The position numbers were made by a program, and so were the translations under genes. The notes under the pieces were generated by a model. The model did no database searches and was not told the origin of the DNA. It was given only the letters and a program-made list of their open reading frames with translations. A stretch of 25,157 nt of DNA from Octopus sinensis (taxonomy: Eukaryota): positions 1-25,157 of the forward strand of contig NW_021835670.1 of the NCBI RefSeq assembly GCF_006345805.1, in the 5' to 3' direction. How positions within the stretch are numbered: the first letter of the stretch is position 1; every line of letters begins with the position of its first letter. Shown here piece by piece: positions 22,720 to 25,157 of this stretch.

Positions 22720-23165
22720 CGTATTAGCTGTCCATAAATATCCTCTTTTTCTTTGATTTTCAAAGAGATATTTATATCTGCAGGGCAGCTGACCTCTATG
22801 ATGGTAGAGGCCAGCTGCCCTGCAGATATAAATATCTCTTTGAAAATCAAAGAAACAGAGGATATCTATGGACATCTGCTTCGAAACCTCCAGCTTCTAT
22901 ATCCACACTATGAACTCATATTCATGCCAATAATAACTGGAGCACTAGGTTTTGCTCAAAGAAGAATCTGGATAAACTGGGGTTTTCAGAAAGAGAAATC
23001 GACCAGCTACTTCGTACATTGCAAGTGTAATGTGTGAGTGGAACAGTAGAAATGTGCAAGACTTTTCTCAAGTTCCAAATGTGTTAACTACATCCCAAAG
23101 ATGGAGCCTTGTATTTTTGTTGGAAACCGGCTCCCTCCTCAGTGGAAGATTCGTAATAATTAAAA
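22720..23165 (+). mobile_element. 5'-truncated RLE-type non-LTR retrotransposon (endonuclease C-terminus plus 3' UTR) with an inverted duplicated 5' end
   Basis: VEASCPADINISLKIKETEDIYGHLLRNLQLLYPHYELIFMPIITGALG, then after a frameshift KNLDKLGFSEREIDQLLRTLQV*CVSGTVEMCKTFLKFQMC* (stop 23085-23087). This fits the RLE E/D-x-S/T-x-P...K..K..Y pattern. A/T-rich tail at ~23155-23170. Confidence 0.8.
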
Positions 23166-23351
23166 AAATAGAAGAGACATACATATGAACTTCTCTCCTT
23201 TAACATCTCAAATACAAGATCTCCTCCCTGAAGATGGAGGCTTGTTTCTTTCTAAGATGGAATCAGTCGACAAACATTATTATGGATCGCTGAGTCCCAA
23301 AAATAGTTGTTGGATTTGTAATCCTTTTCCTTCACCCCTTTAATTCTCTAT

Positions 23352-23739
23352 AGTGGAGGCGCAATGGCCCAGTGGTTAGGGCAGCGGACTCGCGGTCGTA
23401 GGATCGCGGTTTCGATTCCCAGACTGGGCGTTGTGAGTGTTTATTGAGCGAAAACACCTAAAGCTCCACGAGGCTCCGGCAGGGATGGTGGTGATCCCTG
23501 CTGTACTCTTTCACCACAACTTTCTCTCACTCTTACTTCCTGTTTCTGTTGTACCTGTATTTCAAAGGGCCGGCCTTGTCACTCTCTGTGTCACGCTGAA
23601 TATCCCCGAGAACTACGTTAAGGGTACACGTGTCTGTGGAGTGCTCAGCCACTTACACGTTAATTTCACGAGCAGGCTGTTCCGTTGATCGGATCAATCG
23701 GAACCCTCGTCATCGTAACCGACGGAGTGCTTCCTTTTT
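23352..23739 (+). mobile_element. Young full-length tRNA-derived SINE with a 15-bp target-site duplication
   Basis: A-box TGGCCCAGTGG and B-box-like GGTTTCGATTCCC. The perfect TSD CCTTTAATTCTCTAT is at 23337-23351 and 23740-23754. Confidence 0.9.
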
Positions 23740-23801
23740 CCTTTAATTCTCTATGTCAAAGTGTATACAAACGTGGAACGGCAATAGTCGAATCTCTGAA
23801 A

Positions 23802-24168
23802 TTTTTACCGCTTCCTTAGCGAAGGCGGGGGTATTGTTTTCAATCGTGTTTGTTTGTTTGTCCGTATACAAGATATCTCAAGAACCGCTGGATGGGTTCG
23901 GATGAAACTTTCAGGGATGTTTAGCCTCATGACTGGCATGAACTGATTAGATTTTGGGTTCGATCCGATCCCGGAAAAGGATTCTGGATTATTTTCCTGT
24001 TTTTTTACTTAATTTTTGAGAGCGGTCGGGTTCATTTTTAGCATTCTCGTTTGTGAGAGCAGTCGAGTTTATTTCAGATATTCTCATTTTAAAAATCATC
24101 TCCGGCTAATCGTTAAGAGGACGCTGGTGTTGCCTTGGCGGACGTTTGCGCTCTCTGGGTGCTCTTCT
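23802..24168 (+). mobile_element. Helentron-associated non-autonomous element (HINE/DINE-1-like)
   Basis: T-rich start, 5' hairpin CCGCTTC...GAAGGCGG, GTATTGTTTT, a (GTTT)n tract, GGATGAAACTT / GATTAGATTTTGG core, a 3' CCTTGGCGGA motif, a short terminal hairpin-like GCGCTCTCTGGGTGC, then Ts. This is the known HINE layout. Confidence 0.65.
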
Positions 24169-24194
24169 TTATATATACTTTTGTATTAAAAATA

Positions 24195-24313
24195 CAGGGC
24201 TTCACTCAGAACGCCGTTGGATCACCAGATACAGAGTTTCAAAATTATTTTTCCTCTTCAGTGACGCATTTGAAGCAGCCTCAGATCAAAATACTGATGT
24301 GAGCTAAGCCCTG
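24195..24313. repeat. ~119-bp MITE-like unit with 14-bp imperfect terminal inverted repeats; diverged relative at 24615-24699
   Basis: CAGGGCTTCACTCA (24195-24208) vs TGAGCTAAGCCCTG (24300-24313). The second unit starts CAGGGCCTGTTCAGAA and shares TCAGTGACG. Confidence 0.45.
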
Positions 24314-25157
24314 TGCTTTTATTACAAAAGAGATAAAAAAATATTGGAGTTGGTGCCGTTTCATGTTAGTATACACATTACAAATGTGTATAGTTGCATT
24401 TTTATAAATGAATTCGATTAGGAGAATATATTTCTTTGTGACCGTGATATACTTATTACTTCAGGAATAAATAAGCTACAATTTTATTATCAGAGATAAA
24501 CTAGAAATATGACGTGCTAAGTTTACTAAACTAATGACGTGTATATAATTTATAATGTATATACAGCCGTAGAACGACGTTAGTAGTACTATTTAATCGC
24601 AATAAAAAAAAATCACAGGGCCTGTTCAGAATGTCATTGGTCGATCGTGAGCCACGATGTTTCGACTTCATTTCGACTCCTCAGTGACGAACGATCCTGG
24701 ACCAAGTTTACTATAATTTTCTTTAAAATGTATAATTTAGAGAAATATTTAATGGCTTAAAACTTCATTAGACGAAAAGTAAATGATAAACTTAAAGAAA
24801 TGTAATTACAAGAATAATGTTTAATTGTTTAGGAAACTAGCGACGGGGAGGGTTGTGCTATAATTTTCTTTGCTACAAAGGGTTAATTAATATTTATACA
24901 TAAAAATTAAGTTTAGATTATTTACAAAATTAATTGTATGTAGGAAATAAGGAAAAGCAAAGCGACATATCTATATCTAGTATAATTAACCCGGCTCATT
25001 AGGTCTAATACTAGAGGCAGATGAAAGTATATCAGATGAATAACAATAATTAATGAAATATAAACGGATAATGACATGGAAATCATGGGATTAAAATGTA
25101 ATATATCTGTACATGGCCTGAAGTGATATATTCGTATGTATGTGTCTGTGCGCATGC

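Noticed and set aside
22326-22850. 174-aa - strand ORF as an independent gene
   Set aside because: It is the inverted arm of the retrotransposon fragment read into (TATG)n and a SINE.
23094-23270. Hammerhead-like motifs in and after the RLE 3' UTR (CAAAGATGGAGCC...GAAACCGG and CTGAAGATGGAGGC, a short direct repeat ~132 bp apart)
   Set aside because: The first lacks CUGA and folds better as a GGAGCC/GGCTCC hairpin; the second lacks GAAA. No stem I can be formed.
23355-23430. Possible tRNA gene
   Set aside because: It has no closable acceptor stem, continues into a SINE body, and is bounded by a TSD.

Overview
AT-rich, very microsatellite-dense eukaryotic (animal) genomic DNA with no prokaryotic features. 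The SINE repertoire looks like octopus/coleoid cephalopod; this is inferred from my recognition of the repeat sequences, not from a search. Almost every long ORF in the supplied track is a simple-repeat artefact. The interpretable content is: (i) a probable + strand host gene of unknown identity, with one well-supported 200-nt exon (7718-7917) and two weaker, phase-compatible downstream exons (12648-12776, 14377-14416); (ii) more than ten tRNA-derived SINE copies from at least three families, mostly on the - strand; (iii) a full-length decayed DD37D maT transposon with both TIRs and a decayed mariner; (iv) fragments of restriction-like-endonuclease (R4/Dong-type) non-LTR retrotransposons, one with a 79-bp fold-back 5' end; (v) a Penelope-type end carrying a degenerate minimal hammerhead ribozyme; (vi) a Helentron-associated (DINE-1/HINE-like) element; (vii) several inverted repeats. 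The most unusual items are a 22-bp minisatellite in which every unit starts with a branch-point consensus directly upstream of the exon acceptor, possible exonisation of an antisense SINE, a ~390-bp-arm palindrome and the fold-back retroelement.
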